The position numbers and the translations under genes were made by a program. This document shows, in pieces, positions 46,654 to 55,667 of a stretch of DNA of 64,000 nt (its first letter is position 1; each line of letters opens with the position of its first letter). The notes under the pieces are model-generated. The model was not told the DNA's origin. It made no database searches and saw only the letters and a list, made by a program, of their open reading frames with translations. The DNA lies in the NCBI GenBank assembly GCA_035574255.1, contig DATLYZ010000002.1, positions 1,440-65,439 on the forward strand. Reading direction: 5' to 3'. The stretch comes from Gemmatimonadales bacterium. GTDB lineage: Bacteria; Gemmatimonadota; Gemmatimonadetes; Gemmatimonadales; GWC2-71-9.

Positions 46654-49151
46654 ACACCGGCTCCGATACCGTGACGGGCGAAAAAGTCCTCGATCCTGGT
46701 TCGCACCTCCGCCCAGCGGGCCGTCACCCGTTCCGCGGGCGGCAGACCGCTCAGGACCAGCGGTCCGTAGCGCTTGGTCAGCACCCGTTTGTCCAGCAAG
46801 ACCACCACACCCACGTCGGCGCGGGTCCGGATCAGCCGCCCGAACCCCTGCTTGAGCTTGAGCGCCGCGTGCGGCAGCAGGTAGTTCATGAAGCCGTCCG
46901 CACCCTGCTCCGCCAGTCGTTCGAGTCGAGCCGCGGTGAGAGGCTCGGACGGAACCTTGAAAGGTAGCTTGGTCAGGACCAGGACGCGGAGCGCGCGCCC
47001 GGGTACGTCCACCCCTTCCCAGAACGAGTCGGTGCCCAGCAGGATGGCGCGGCCGAGTTCCCGGAACCGCCGGAGCAGCGTGTCGCGCGGCGCCTCGCCC
47101 TGCACCAGGATCGGCCAGCGCTCGCCCAGGGTGCCGCGAAGCTCCACCGCGGTGCGCCGCAGGGCGCCATGACTCGTGAAGAGCACGAACATGCCCCCGT
47201 CCGAGGCCCAGGCCAGGTCGTGCACCACCTGCACCACAACCATCCCGTGAGCCGCCTCGTCCTCCCGGGGATCGGGGAGATCGTCGGGGATGCCGAACAG
47301 ACACTGGGCGGGATAGTCGAAGGGCGACGGCAGAATGGCCCGGACGGTCACCGGATTCGGTTCCCTGGCGAGCCCCACCCGCGACTCGAGGAAGTCGAAG
47401 GCGCCGCCGGCCGCCAGCGTCGCGCTGGTGAGCGCCACCGTCTTCACCCGGTCGAAGATGAGTTCCCGGAGGAGCGGCGCCAGGTCGAGCGGCACCGCGG
47501 CCAGGGCGATCTGCTGGCCGCGCATGCCGGTGCGCTGCAACCACCGGACCGTAGGCGGACCTCCGCCGGCCGGCCGGAGCGCCTGGATGAGGCCGTCGCT
47601 CATCCCTTCGAGCCGCCGCACCACACCCCAGAGTTCCTGGACCAGTTGCAGACCGCGTTCGCCCGGCTCTCCGCCGAGGGGTTCCGCGAGACTCTCGATG
47701 CCGTCGCGAATCGCGCGGAACGCGCCGAGGGTAGCGTCCAGGTCCCAGGTCAGACCTTCCTCCCAGATCGGGTCCGCCGCGAACTCGCCGGTGAGCCGGA
47801 GCATGCCCCCCGGCACCTCGTCCAGGCGACCGTGCAGCCGGAGGATGAGGCCGTCGGTTGCGCGGCGGGCGTCCGCCACGGCGGGCAGGAGCCGATCGCG
47901 GAGCAGCGCCAGGCCGGCGCCGGCCTCGGGCGCCGGCGACCGGGACAGTTCGAACGCGAGGGCGGGGAGCAACCCTTTGCCGTTCCGTTCCAGCCGGCCC
48001 AGCAGGCGGCGGATGCCCCGGCTCGTCACCTGGGCACCGAGATGATTGGCCGCGACGTCCTCGAGATGGTGGGCCTCGTCGAGAATGAGGCGGTCGTAGG
48101 GCGGCAGCACCGCCGCCTCCTGCCAGTTGTTCGAACTGCGGCGCACCGCGAGATCGGCCGCGAGCAGGTGGTGGTTCACCACCACCACGTCGGCCTCCGC
48201 CGCCCGCCGCCGGGCCTTGAACAGGAAACAGGCGTCGAAGTGGGGGCACTCGAGCCGGGGGCAGAGGTCCGGCTCCGCGCTCACCTCGTCCCAGACCTCC
48301 GGGCTCGGCATCACCGGCAAGTCTGCCAGGGTGCCGTCGGCGGTGCGCGCGGCCCAGGCGGCGAGGTCTTCCAGCTCGCCGTACTGGTCGGGCTCGAGCA
48401 GCGACCGCTGGGCGCCGGCGGCCTGGTGGAGCCGGGCGAGACAGAGGTAGTTCCGCCAGCCCTTGAGAAGCGCGAAGCTCGGGGTGTGATCGCCGGTGGC
48501 GAGCGCGTCGCGCAGAAGCGGGAGGTCCTTCCCCACCAGCTGTTCCTGGAGGTTGATGGTGTTGGTGCTCACCACGGTCCGCTCGCCGTTGGCCCGGGCC
48601 CAGGCCAGCGCGGGGACCAGATAGGCGAAGGACTTGCCGACCCCCGTTCCCGCCTCGAGCAGCACCACCCCGCCGTCGTTGTACGCGTCGGCGATGTAGG
48701 CGGCCATGTCCCGCTGGCTGGGGCGATCCTCGTAGCGCCCGAGCGCGCGCGCCACCGGGCCTCGCTCGGACAGCAGGCCCACGACCGACAGGGTGTCGAG
48801 CCGCTCGGGGCGCCGGCCGCGCGGGATCTCCACCACCACGTACAGCTCGGTGGCCTCGTTGTTGACGATCCCGAAACCGATCCCGCCGTCGTGCAGTCGG
48901 GCGGCCACGGTGAGGTCCGCCACCGACGGCTCGAGCACGCCGTCGGGGTGGTTGTGCAGCACCATCTCCCCCCGCTCCGCGACCCCGGGCAGCGCGAGCA
49001 CCCGGTCCGCGGTGCCCCGCGCCACCACGCGCGCCGCCGCCAGCCTCCCCTCGGCATCCGCCGAGGCGACGAAGCACACCTCGCGCCCTCCCGCCGCGGC
49101 GATCTGGGTGGCGAGGTAGTGCCGGAGCTCAGGAGTGAGGCGGGAAGACAC
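46650..49151 (-). CDS. DinG/Rad3-family Fe-S DNA helicase with N-terminal JAB/MPN (RadC-like, JAMM motif) domain
   Basis: ORF 46650..49151, 833 aa. The N-terminal ~110 aa carry GREVCF...HNHPDGVLEPSVAD, which fits HxHx7Sx2D. The helicase part has Walker A LEAGTGVGKSFAY, four Cys (YLCLARL...LCPRLECPHFDAC), the DEAH box LILDEAHHLED, and a C-terminal helicase domain (GTDSFWEGVDVPG). Confidence 0.85.
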   Translation of the reverse strand: MSSRLTPELRHYLATQIAAAGGREVCFVASADAEGRLAAARVVARGTADRVLALPGVAERGEMVLHNHPDGVLEPSVADLTVAARLHDGGIGFGIVNNEATELYVVVEIPRGRRPERLDTLSVVGLLSERGPVARALGRYEDRPSQRDMAAYIADAYNDGGVVLLEAGTGVGKSFAYLVPALAWARANGERTVVSTNTINLQEQLVGKDLPLLRDALATGDHTPSFALLKGWRNYLCLARLHQAAGAQRSLLEPDQYGELEDLAAWAARTADGTLADLPVMPSPEVWDEVSAEPDLCPRLECPHFDACFLFKARRRAAEADVVVVNHHLLAADLAVRRSSNNWQEAAVLPPYDRLILDEAHHLEDVAANHLGAQVTSRGIRRLLGRLERNGKGLLPALAFELSRSPAPEAGAGLALLRDRLLPAVADARRATDGLILRLHGRLDEVPGGMLRLTGEFAADPIWEEGLTWDLDATLGAFRAIRDGIESLAEPLGGEPGERGLQLVQELWGVVRRLEGMSDGLIQALRPAGGGPPTVRWLQRTGMRGQQIALAAVPLDLAPLLRELIFDRVKTVALTSATLAAGGAFDFLESRVGLAREPNPVTVRAILPSPFDYPAQCLFGIPDDLPDPREDEAAHGMVVVQVVHDLAWASDGGMFVLFTSHGALRRTAVELRGTLGERWPILVQGEAPRDTLLRRFRELGRAILLGTDSFWEGVDVPGRALRVLVLTKLPFKVPSEPLTAARLERLAEQGADGFMNYLLPHAALKLKQGFGRLIRTRADVGVVVLLDKRVLTKRYGPLVLSGLPPAERVTARWAEVRTRIEDFFARHGIGAGV

Positions 49152-49315
49152 GGGGTGCGGCCGCGAAGTCGGTTCGAAGGTTCGGGAATGCCCGAGGGCC
49201 GGGCCGGACCGGGGCGCGGAGAGCGGTCACCTCGACCGCCCGTCCTGCACCGCCAGCAAAAGTAACCCCGGTCGCTCACCGCGGCCCAACCCGGCCGGCG
49301 CGGCCGGGCACGGGC

Positions 49316-50626
49316 TCAGGTCTTGAGCTCCCGTTTCTTCGCGGCCGGGAACAGCACGTTGTTCAGGATCAACCGGTAGCCCGGCGAGTGGGGATACAGC
49401 GACAGGTCGGTGGGCGCGTCGCCGATCTGATGTTGCGGGTCCTCGGGGTCGTGGCCGCCGTAGAACGTCCAGGTCCCCTGCCCCAGTTCGCCGTGGATGT
49501 ACTTCACCCACGGGGCACCCGGCTCGTCCGCGAGCACGGTCACCGAGGGTTTGAGGGTCCGGCGGGTGAACGAGGTGGTGAGGCCGTAGAAATCCGGAAT
49601 CACGTCGCGGTGACTCTGGACCAGCATGGTGGCCACCGGGTCGATCTTCGCGCTGAACCCGAACAGCTTGAAGGCGCCGAGCGGCTGGCGGCGGTCCAGG
49701 GTGTTGACCTGGTGCCCGTCAATGTCGGAGAAGGACGGAATGTTGGGCGCGAGCTCGAGGCGCGCGTTCTGAAACGCCAGCGCGCGGCTCCAGTTCATCT
49801 TGCCGCTCGCCTCCGGATCCATGGGGGTGCCGTCGGCGTAGGACGCCGCAATGTCCACTCCGTCGCTGGCCAGGGCCAGGTCCAGGGTTTCCGTGGCGGT
49901 GCACATGGCGAAGAGGAACCCGCCCCGCTCGACGAAGGCCCGGATCTCGTTCGCCACCGCGCGCTTCTCCGCGGGCACGGTCGGATAGCCGAGCCGCTGG
50001 GCCATCGCCTGGTTCTGCTGGACCATCTCGGCGAGCCAGGGCGAACCCGCGTAGTTGAGGTAGAACTTCGAGTACTGGCCGGTGAAGTCCTCGTGATGCA
50101 GGTGGAGCCAGTCGTACCGGGAGAGCCCCTTCCCCAGCACCTCGGCGTCCCAGACCTTGTCGAACTTGATCCCGGCGTAATTGAGCGCCATGGTGACGGC
50201 ATCGTCCCAGGGCGAGGTGTTCGGGGGGACGTACACCGCCACCCGCGGCGCCTTTTCCAGCGGGATCGCGTCCATGTTCGCCTGCTGGATCTCGGCCCGG
50301 ATCGAGATCAGGCGATCCTCCGCAACCGGCTCGGTGAGGACCCCCGCGACCGCCGCGTCCCGCGCCGTGACGCCGTCGTTCGGGACGAGAAACGACCCGC
50401 TGCGGTAGTTGAGGAACCACTCGGCCCGCCCCCCCCGCTCCAGCACCCGGTAGGTCACGCCGTAGGCCTTGAGGTGGTCCGACTGCACGTCGTCCATGGG
50501 GACGAGGAGCCAGGGCGCGGCACCGGCCGGGCTTCGGGCCGTGCAGCGCCAATCGGCGAGGCGAGGGATCGCCGCGGGAGCCCCCAGTGCCGCACCCACC
50601 AGGCCGAGAAAGTCGCGCCGGTTCAT
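49316..50626 (-). CDS. Tat-exported hypothetical protein, possible class-I-GATase-like/ThuA-like fold
   Basis: ORF 49316..50626. Twin-arginine signal MNRRDFLGLVGAALGAPA. Contains RVAVYVPPNTSPWDDAVTMAL, DWLHLHHEDFTG and ERGGFLFAMCTATE. The ATG overlaps the stop of the TPR gene (ATGA). Confidence 0.6.
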   Translation of the reverse strand: MNRRDFLGLVGAALGAPAAIPRLADWRCTARSPAGAAPWLLVPMDDVQSDHLKAYGVTYRVLERGGRAEWFLNYRSGSFLVPNDGVTARDAAVAGVLTEPVAEDRLISIRAEIQQANMDAIPLEKAPRVAVYVPPNTSPWDDAVTMALNYAGIKFDKVWDAEVLGKGLSRYDWLHLHHEDFTGQYSKFYLNYAGSPWLAEMVQQNQAMAQRLGYPTVPAEKRAVANEIRAFVERGGFLFAMCTATETLDLALASDGVDIAASYADGTPMDPEASGKMNWSRALAFQNARLELAPNIPSFSDIDGHQVNTLDRRQPLGAFKLFGFSAKIDPVATMLVQSHRDVIPDFYGLTTSFTRRTLKPSVTVLADEPGAPWVKYIHGELGQGTWTFYGGHDPEDPQHQIGDAPTDLSLYPHSPGYRLILNNVLFPAAKKRELKT

Positions 50627-52386
50627 GTCCGGGGCACCGCGCTCCGCGCCTGGTCGAGCAGGCGCCGGGCCTGGGGTACGAGCGCGCTTCCGGGATACGC
50701 GAGGATCATCTGCTCCAGGGTCTCCATCGCCTCGGTCCGGCGGTCGAGCCGGAGCAGGAGTCGGGCCAGTTCGAGCGAGGCCGCGGCGGCGGCCCCCGGT
50801 GCCTCCGGGAGCATGGCGGCCCGGAACAGCCGTTCCGCCTCCGCGGCCTCGCGCGCGGCGAGCAGCCGCCCGGCGAGGAGCCGGAGTTCTGCCCCACCCT
50901 TGGCGGCGGGGAGGCCCCGGGCCACCTGCTCGAACCGAAGGGCGGCGGCCGCGGTGTCGCCGCGGTCCAGGGCCTGAAACGCGGCGCCCAGTTCCGGGAG
51001 GGAGTCGGCTTCGATGGGCTGGAGCAGGGCGAGCAGGGCGGCCCGCTCGGTAGCGTCGCTCCGCGAGCCGGTGAACGGCCCTGCCTGGCGAAGCGTTTCG
51101 GAGGCGCCCCGGAGGTCGCCGGCGTAGAGCCGGAAGCGGCCCTGGAGCGCGATCGCCTCCACGCTGCTGTCCGCCTCGAGCAGGCGACTGGCCCGGCCGA
51201 GATCCCCGTGGCGGGCATAGCCGGCCGCGACCAGCCGCCGGAGGTGCAGGTACTCGTCCACGCCCAAGGCCGGGCGGAACTGGTCCAGCCGTGCGGCGGC
51301 TTCCGGCACGCTGCCCTCGGCGACCAGCAGCTCGATCAGGGTGGCGGCGGCGCCCGCCGCAATCGCCGGTGCGCTCGCCCCGTCGCCCGCGAGGGCCGAG
51401 AGCATGCGCCGGGCTGCGGTCCGATCGCCCGCATCCGCGTAGGCCCGGGCCGCCTCCAGCCGGTAGCGGGCTTGCTGGGCCGGGGTATTGACCCGTTCCG
51501 CCAGCGCTTCCAGCACCATCGCCTGAGCCAGCCGGTACGGCCCGGCCTGGTCCACCCGCACCTGTTCCAGGAACTGCTGGAGCGCGTCAATCTGCTGGGG
51601 GACGCCGGGGGGAAGCGCGCCGAGCAACGCGCGGGCCGCGCCCACCGGATCGCCCCAGCGGGCGCGGAGCTCGAGGGCGAGCCGGGCGGCCTCCGGCCCT
51701 CCCTCCCGCGCGAGCCCCCGCAGGATGGCGTCGCGGTCGGCCTCCGGCGCCTGGCCGAGCGCGGCCACGGCGCTGCTCCGATACCCGGGGAGTTGCCGCA
51801 CCGCGCGGGTCCACTCGCGGACCGCCGTGGCCCAGTCGCGGTCCACCACCGCGAGCTGGGCGAGCTCTGCCGCCAGGACCTCCGGCGCGCCCAGCCGTTC
51901 CCGCCCCAGTTGATAGGCACGCCGGGCCGCGGCCAGGTCACGCCGCTCGAGCGCGGCGGTTCCCCATTCCCGGAAGGGCGTCTCGTCGCCCGGCGCGACG
52001 GCGGCCCACCGGTCCACGAGCCGGGGAAGGCTGTCCAGCAGGCCGGCGGCGGCGAACGCGCGGAGCCCGACCCCGTAGATCGGTACCGCCCGGGGATTGG
52101 CGGCGAGGCCGGCTCGGACGGCGGGGAGGATTTCGGGAAGCCGGTTCTGCGCGGTGAGGACGCGCTCCAGCCCGAGGAGGGCGTTCACCTCGCCCGGCCG
52201 GCCGGCCAGGACGGCGCGATAGAGTTCGGCGGCCTGGCCGAAGTTCCCCCGGCGCTCGAGGTCGAAGGCGCGCGCCAGCGAGTCGCGCTGCGCCGCAAGC
52301 GGGGAGGCCAGCAGCGCGAGCGCCAGCCCCGGCACCCAGCGGCCGGCCGAGGCCCCGTGCCCCTTCGCCCTGGCGTTCCCGTTCAC
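50623..52386 (-). CDS. secreted tetratricopeptide-repeat protein
   Basis: ORF 50623..52386. The GTG start overlaps the upstream stop (GTGA). Signal peptide GRWVPGLALALLASPLAAQ. Ala/Leu/Arg-rich 34-residue-type repeats run throughout (GNFGQAAELYRAVLAGRP...). Confidence 0.65.
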   Translation of the reverse strand: MNGNARAKGHGASAGRWVPGLALALLASPLAAQRDSLARAFDLERRGNFGQAAELYRAVLAGRPGEVNALLGLERVLTAQNRLPEILPAVRAGLAANPRAVPIYGVGLRAFAAAGLLDSLPRLVDRWAAVAPGDETPFREWGTAALERRDLAAARRAYQLGRERLGAPEVLAAELAQLAVVDRDWATAVREWTRAVRQLPGYRSSAVAALGQAPEADRDAILRGLAREGGPEAARLALELRARWGDPVGAARALLGALPPGVPQQIDALQQFLEQVRVDQAGPYRLAQAMVLEALAERVNTPAQQARYRLEAARAYADAGDRTAARRMLSALAGDGASAPAIAAGAAATLIELLVAEGSVPEAAARLDQFRPALGVDEYLHLRRLVAAGYARHGDLGRASRLLEADSSVEAIALQGRFRLYAGDLRGASETLRQAGPFTGSRSDATERAALLALLQPIEADSLPELGAAFQALDRGDTAAAALRFEQVARGLPAAKGGAELRLLAGRLLAAREAAEAERLFRAAMLPEAPGAAAAASLELARLLLRLDRRTEAMETLEQMILAYPGSALVPQARRLLDQARSAVPRT

Positions 52387-55300
52387 CGTTTCCCGTCCGG
52401 CGGCTCCGCCAGCTTCCGGAAGTATTCGACTACCATCCGGCGCTCGTCAGGCGACAGCGCCTGGAGCGCCTCCCACGACGGCAGCCGGAACCGGTCCGCG
52501 CCGAGTCCCAGGCGGGCCCGGAGCGCCGGGGGAAGATGCACGCTGTCGTCGCGGGCGGTGGTGCTCTGGCGTTCCTTGTTCTCGTCCTCCTCGCGGCCCT
52601 GGAGCGTGCGCCCGGCGTCCAGCATGCGGCGGAAGAGCCGCTCCTGGCGCTCGACCGTCTGGCGGTCGAGCCGTCCCGCCTCCAGGTGCCGGGCCAGCTC
52701 CTTCGCCTCCTGCGCCAGCTCGGCCGCCCCCGGCATCGCGCCCCCGGCCCGGAGCCGTTCCAGCCGTTCGGCGAGGGCCCGCTGGTGCGCGCCGAGCCGG
52801 CGGATCTGCTCCTGCCCGGCGCCCGTCCCCGCCAGCGGCAAGATGCCCGCCCCCTGCTGGCCCAGTTGACCTTGCTGCTGGGCCAGCCGGTTCATTTGCT
52901 CGATCGCCTCGGCCAGCCCGGAGCCGCTGGCCGATCCCGACACCGCCCCGCGGCTGCGGAGCAGGCTGTGGGCGGCCGCGTTGAGGGCATCCACGGCCTC
53001 CCCGGCGCGGCGCGCCGCCTCGCGGCCGTTCGGCACCGCGGTCGCCAGCGTCTCGCGGGTTTGGCGCATCTGGTCCCGGGCCGCGGCCAGCGCCACGCTC
53101 GACTCGGGGGAAATCAGCGCGTTCTTCCCGCTGATCTCCTTGAGCTTCTGCAGCAACCGGTCCACGCCCTCCTCCACCGCGCCCTGCTCGGCGCGGACCG
53201 CCGGGCCGGTCTCGCCCCGCCGGAGTGCCTCGCTCAGGTCCAGCTGCCGTTCGGCGAGCCGCGCGGTCTCCCCCAGCGCGTCGTCCATCGCGGCGAGGAT
53301 CTCCTCGCGCCACTGGTCCTGGAGGGCCTCCCGCTCTCCCTCGAGCTCTTCGCCGAGCGAGCCCAAGTGCTCCAGCGCCTGCCGCCCCTCCTGCTGGGCC
53401 TGCTGGCGCTGCCCCCGCGCCGCGGACCGCGCCGCCTGGCGCATCGCTCGAGCCGCCGCCTCGGCCAGGGTGCCCAGCTCGGCCACCGCCTCGCGCCGTG
53501 GCTCGCCCTCCGCCGCCAGGTCCTGGGCCAGTTCCTTCAGCGCGCTCCCCAGCGAATCGGTCCGGGTGGCGAGCAAGCGCTCTTCCCGATCCGCCCGCAG
53601 CGAATCGAGTTCCAGCACCCGCTCCGTCCACTGGCGCTGGGCCTCCTCGAGATCGCGCGCCTCGGCCGTGAGGTTCGCCATCTCCCCTTCCACCGCGGCC
53701 CGGCGGAAAAGCTCCCGGCTCCGCTCCAGCGCCTCGCGCAGCTTCTGCTGGGCCTCGGCCAGCCGCGCCAGCGCCTCGCGGGTCTGGTCCGGATCGAGGG
53801 CCTGGAGTGCCCGCTGGAGCTCCGCCAGTTGCTCGCGCAACTCCGGCGTCAGGGCCCGCTCGAGTTGCTGGCGGATCTCGGCCAGCCGTTCCATCCAGGC
53901 CGGATCGTCGAGGCCCGCGGCTGCCGCGCTCTGCCGGAGCGCCTCCAGCGCGTCCTTGACCTCCTCCGCCTGGCGCAACAGCTCCTGCTGGGTCGCGGCC
54001 ACCGCCTCCGCCCGCCTGGCGTTCTCGAAACTGAGTGCCTGCTCGCCGGCCCCCTGTCCCCGCTCGCCGCTTCCCTGCCGGGGCCGCTCCCGGGCCAGGT
54101 CCTCGGTCTGCCGCTCGAGCGACCGGCCCGCCTGCGCCAGGCTATCCAGGCGGCGCTCGATCCGGTCCGCGGTCTCGCGGCTCGCCTGGCGGATCTCGCT
54201 CAGGGTCGGCAGGCGAAGCGCGTACTCGGGCGAGCGCGCGACGTTGGCGGCCGGCGCGTTGTCGCTCACGCGGACGACGTACCGCACCGTGTCGCCGGGG
54301 AGGAGACCCCGCGCGTTGAGGTCGAGCTCGTAGCTGAGGACCGCCCGGTCGGGCTGCGGGGACGGAAGCGGAATGGGTTCCAGCCGGGGGGGATCCTCGA
54401 ACCCGAGCCGGCTGATCCGCCGGCTTTCCAGGACCACGCGAGCGACCCCGTGGTCGTCGCGAACGTCCACGACGAGCGGCACCCGGAGGCTGAGCGGCGC
54501 CACGGTATCCGCGCCCGGGACCGGCACCTCCACCCGGGGAGCCGAGTCCGGGACGGCGATCACCGGGAGCCGGATGGTATCGCCCGCGAGAGGGCGGCCG
54601 CTCGCCGTGGTGAGCCGGAGCCGGTAGAGCCGGCTCCCGGCCGGGGTGAAGCTCCCGCTGAACCGGTTCCCCGCCACGGTGAGCCGAGCGGACTGGGGGG
54701 GGGCCTCCCACGCCGCGCCGGCCAGGTCGGCGGTGGCCTCGCCCCGCGTGTCGAGCCGGGTTCCGGCCGGCACGAACACCGTGTCGCCCGCGGTGGAGAT
54801 CGGCTCGTCGTCGAGCCCGAGGTAGCGCGGGTACCGCGCGGTGACGGTGAGCGCGGCGAGGAAGGCGGGGATCCGGACCTTCACCTGGAGGGTATCGGAG
54901 TGCCGGCCACCACTCGTCAGGCGCAGGAAGCGATCGCTGGTGAGCGGGCCCAGGGCCTTCGTGGCGCGCCCCAGCGAGTCGAGCGCGAGACCCCAGCCGC
55001 GCCAGGACTCGCCCGGCGCCCGGGTCCAGAGAATCGCGTGGCGGCGGCCGGGCGCCTCCACGGAGACGGTGACGGCCTCCCCCCGGTCGATCTCGGTCCG
55101 GTCCACGGTCAGCCGGAGCGGCGCGGCGATGGCGTCCCACGCCGCCCCCGGACGCCAGAGGAGGGCGGGCGGTCCCTGGAGCGGGCGGGCGGCGAGCAGA
55201 ATCGCCGCCCCCGCGGCGAATACCACCCCGCCCCGCACCGCGACCCGGGCCGAGCGGCGCCGCAGTTCGGCCAGCTCGGCCGGGGCCCGCTGGGCGAGTT

Positions 55301-55667
55301 CCACCGCCTGGCGGCGGTCGGCGAGCGCCAGGAGCTCGGCACTCGTGCCCGGCGCGGCAGGCTCGAGGTGCCCGCGGAGTGCGCCCTCGCGGAAACCGGT
55401 CCGCTCCAGGACGGTGGCGAGCCAATCGGGAGTACGCGCCGCCACGGCCCGCCATGCCAGCCCGCCCGCGAGCCCCCCCAGCCCCGCCACCAGTGGCCAC
55501 GTCACCAGCACCCACCAGGGCTCGCCCAGCCAGCCCAGGCGCGCGGCCCACGCGGCGACGCCGAGGGCGAGCCCGAGGGCACCCGCCACGCCGAGTCCCC
55601 ACCCCAGAGCGGCCCGGCGCCGAAGCGGGGCCGCCAGGGCCCGCAGCACCGCGGCCGTCTCGCTCAC
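52383..55667 (-). CDS. giant membrane protein: N-terminal TM helices, beta-rich middle, ~550-aa coiled coil (DUF4175-like by recollection)
   Basis: In-frame GTG 55665..55667 overlaps the DUF4159-like stop (GTGA), within ORF 52383..55772. TM segments LGWGLGVAGALGLALGVAAW and WWVLVTWPLVAGLGGLAGGLAW. A long E/A/R/L/Q heptad-rich region follows. The C-terminus reads LSPDERRMVVEYFRKL. Confidence 0.65.
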   Translation of the reverse strand: MSETAAVLRALAAPLRRRAALGWGLGVAGALGLALGVAAWAARLGWLGEPWWVLVTWPLVAGLGGLAGGLAWRAVAARTPDWLATVLERTGFREGALRGHLEPAAPGTSAELLALADRRQAVELAQRAPAELAELRRRSARVAVRGGVVFAAGAAILLAARPLQGPPALLWRPGAAWDAIAAPLRLTVDRTEIDRGEAVTVSVEAPGRRHAILWTRAPGESWRGWGLALDSLGRATKALGPLTSDRFLRLTSGGRHSDTLQVKVRIPAFLAALTVTARYPRYLGLDDEPISTAGDTVFVPAGTRLDTRGEATADLAGAAWEAPPQSARLTVAGNRFSGSFTPAGSRLYRLRLTTASGRPLAGDTIRLPVIAVPDSAPRVEVPVPGADTVAPLSLRVPLVVDVRDDHGVARVVLESRRISRLGFEDPPRLEPIPLPSPQPDRAVLSYELDLNARGLLPGDTVRYVVRVSDNAPAANVARSPEYALRLPTLSEIRQASRETADRIERRLDSLAQAGRSLERQTEDLARERPRQGSGERGQGAGEQALSFENARRAEAVAATQQELLRQAEEVKDALEALRQSAAAAGLDDPAWMERLAEIRQQLERALTPELREQLAELQRALQALDPDQTREALARLAEAQQKLREALERSRELFRRAAVEGEMANLTAEARDLEEAQRQWTERVLELDSLRADREERLLATRTDSLGSALKELAQDLAAEGEPRREAVAELGTLAEAAARAMRQAARSAARGQRQQAQQEGRQALEHLGSLGEELEGEREALQDQWREEILAAMDDALGETARLAERQLDLSEALRRGETGPAVRAEQGAVEEGVDRLLQKLKEISGKNALISPESSVALAAARDQMRQTRETLATAVPNGREAARRAGEAVDALNAAAHSLLRSRGAVSGSASGSGLAEAIEQMNRLAQQQGQLGQQGAGILPLAGTGAGQEQIRRLGAHQRALAERLERLRAGGAMPGAAELAQEAKELARHLEAGRLDRQTVERQERLFRRMLDAGRTLQGREEDENKERQSTTARDDSVHLPPALRARLGLGADRFRLPSWEALQALSPDERRMVVEYFRKLAEPPDGKR

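Noticed and set aside
52365-52395. Another copy of the CCGTTCAC/CCGTTTCC repeat (gcgttcccgttcaccgtttcccgtcc).
   Set aside because: It lies entirely in coding sequence at a stop/start junction (...DGKR* / VNGNARAKG...). It is antisense to the genes, unlike the intergenic copies. I treat it as coincidental and count it as a caution against over-interpreting the repeat family.
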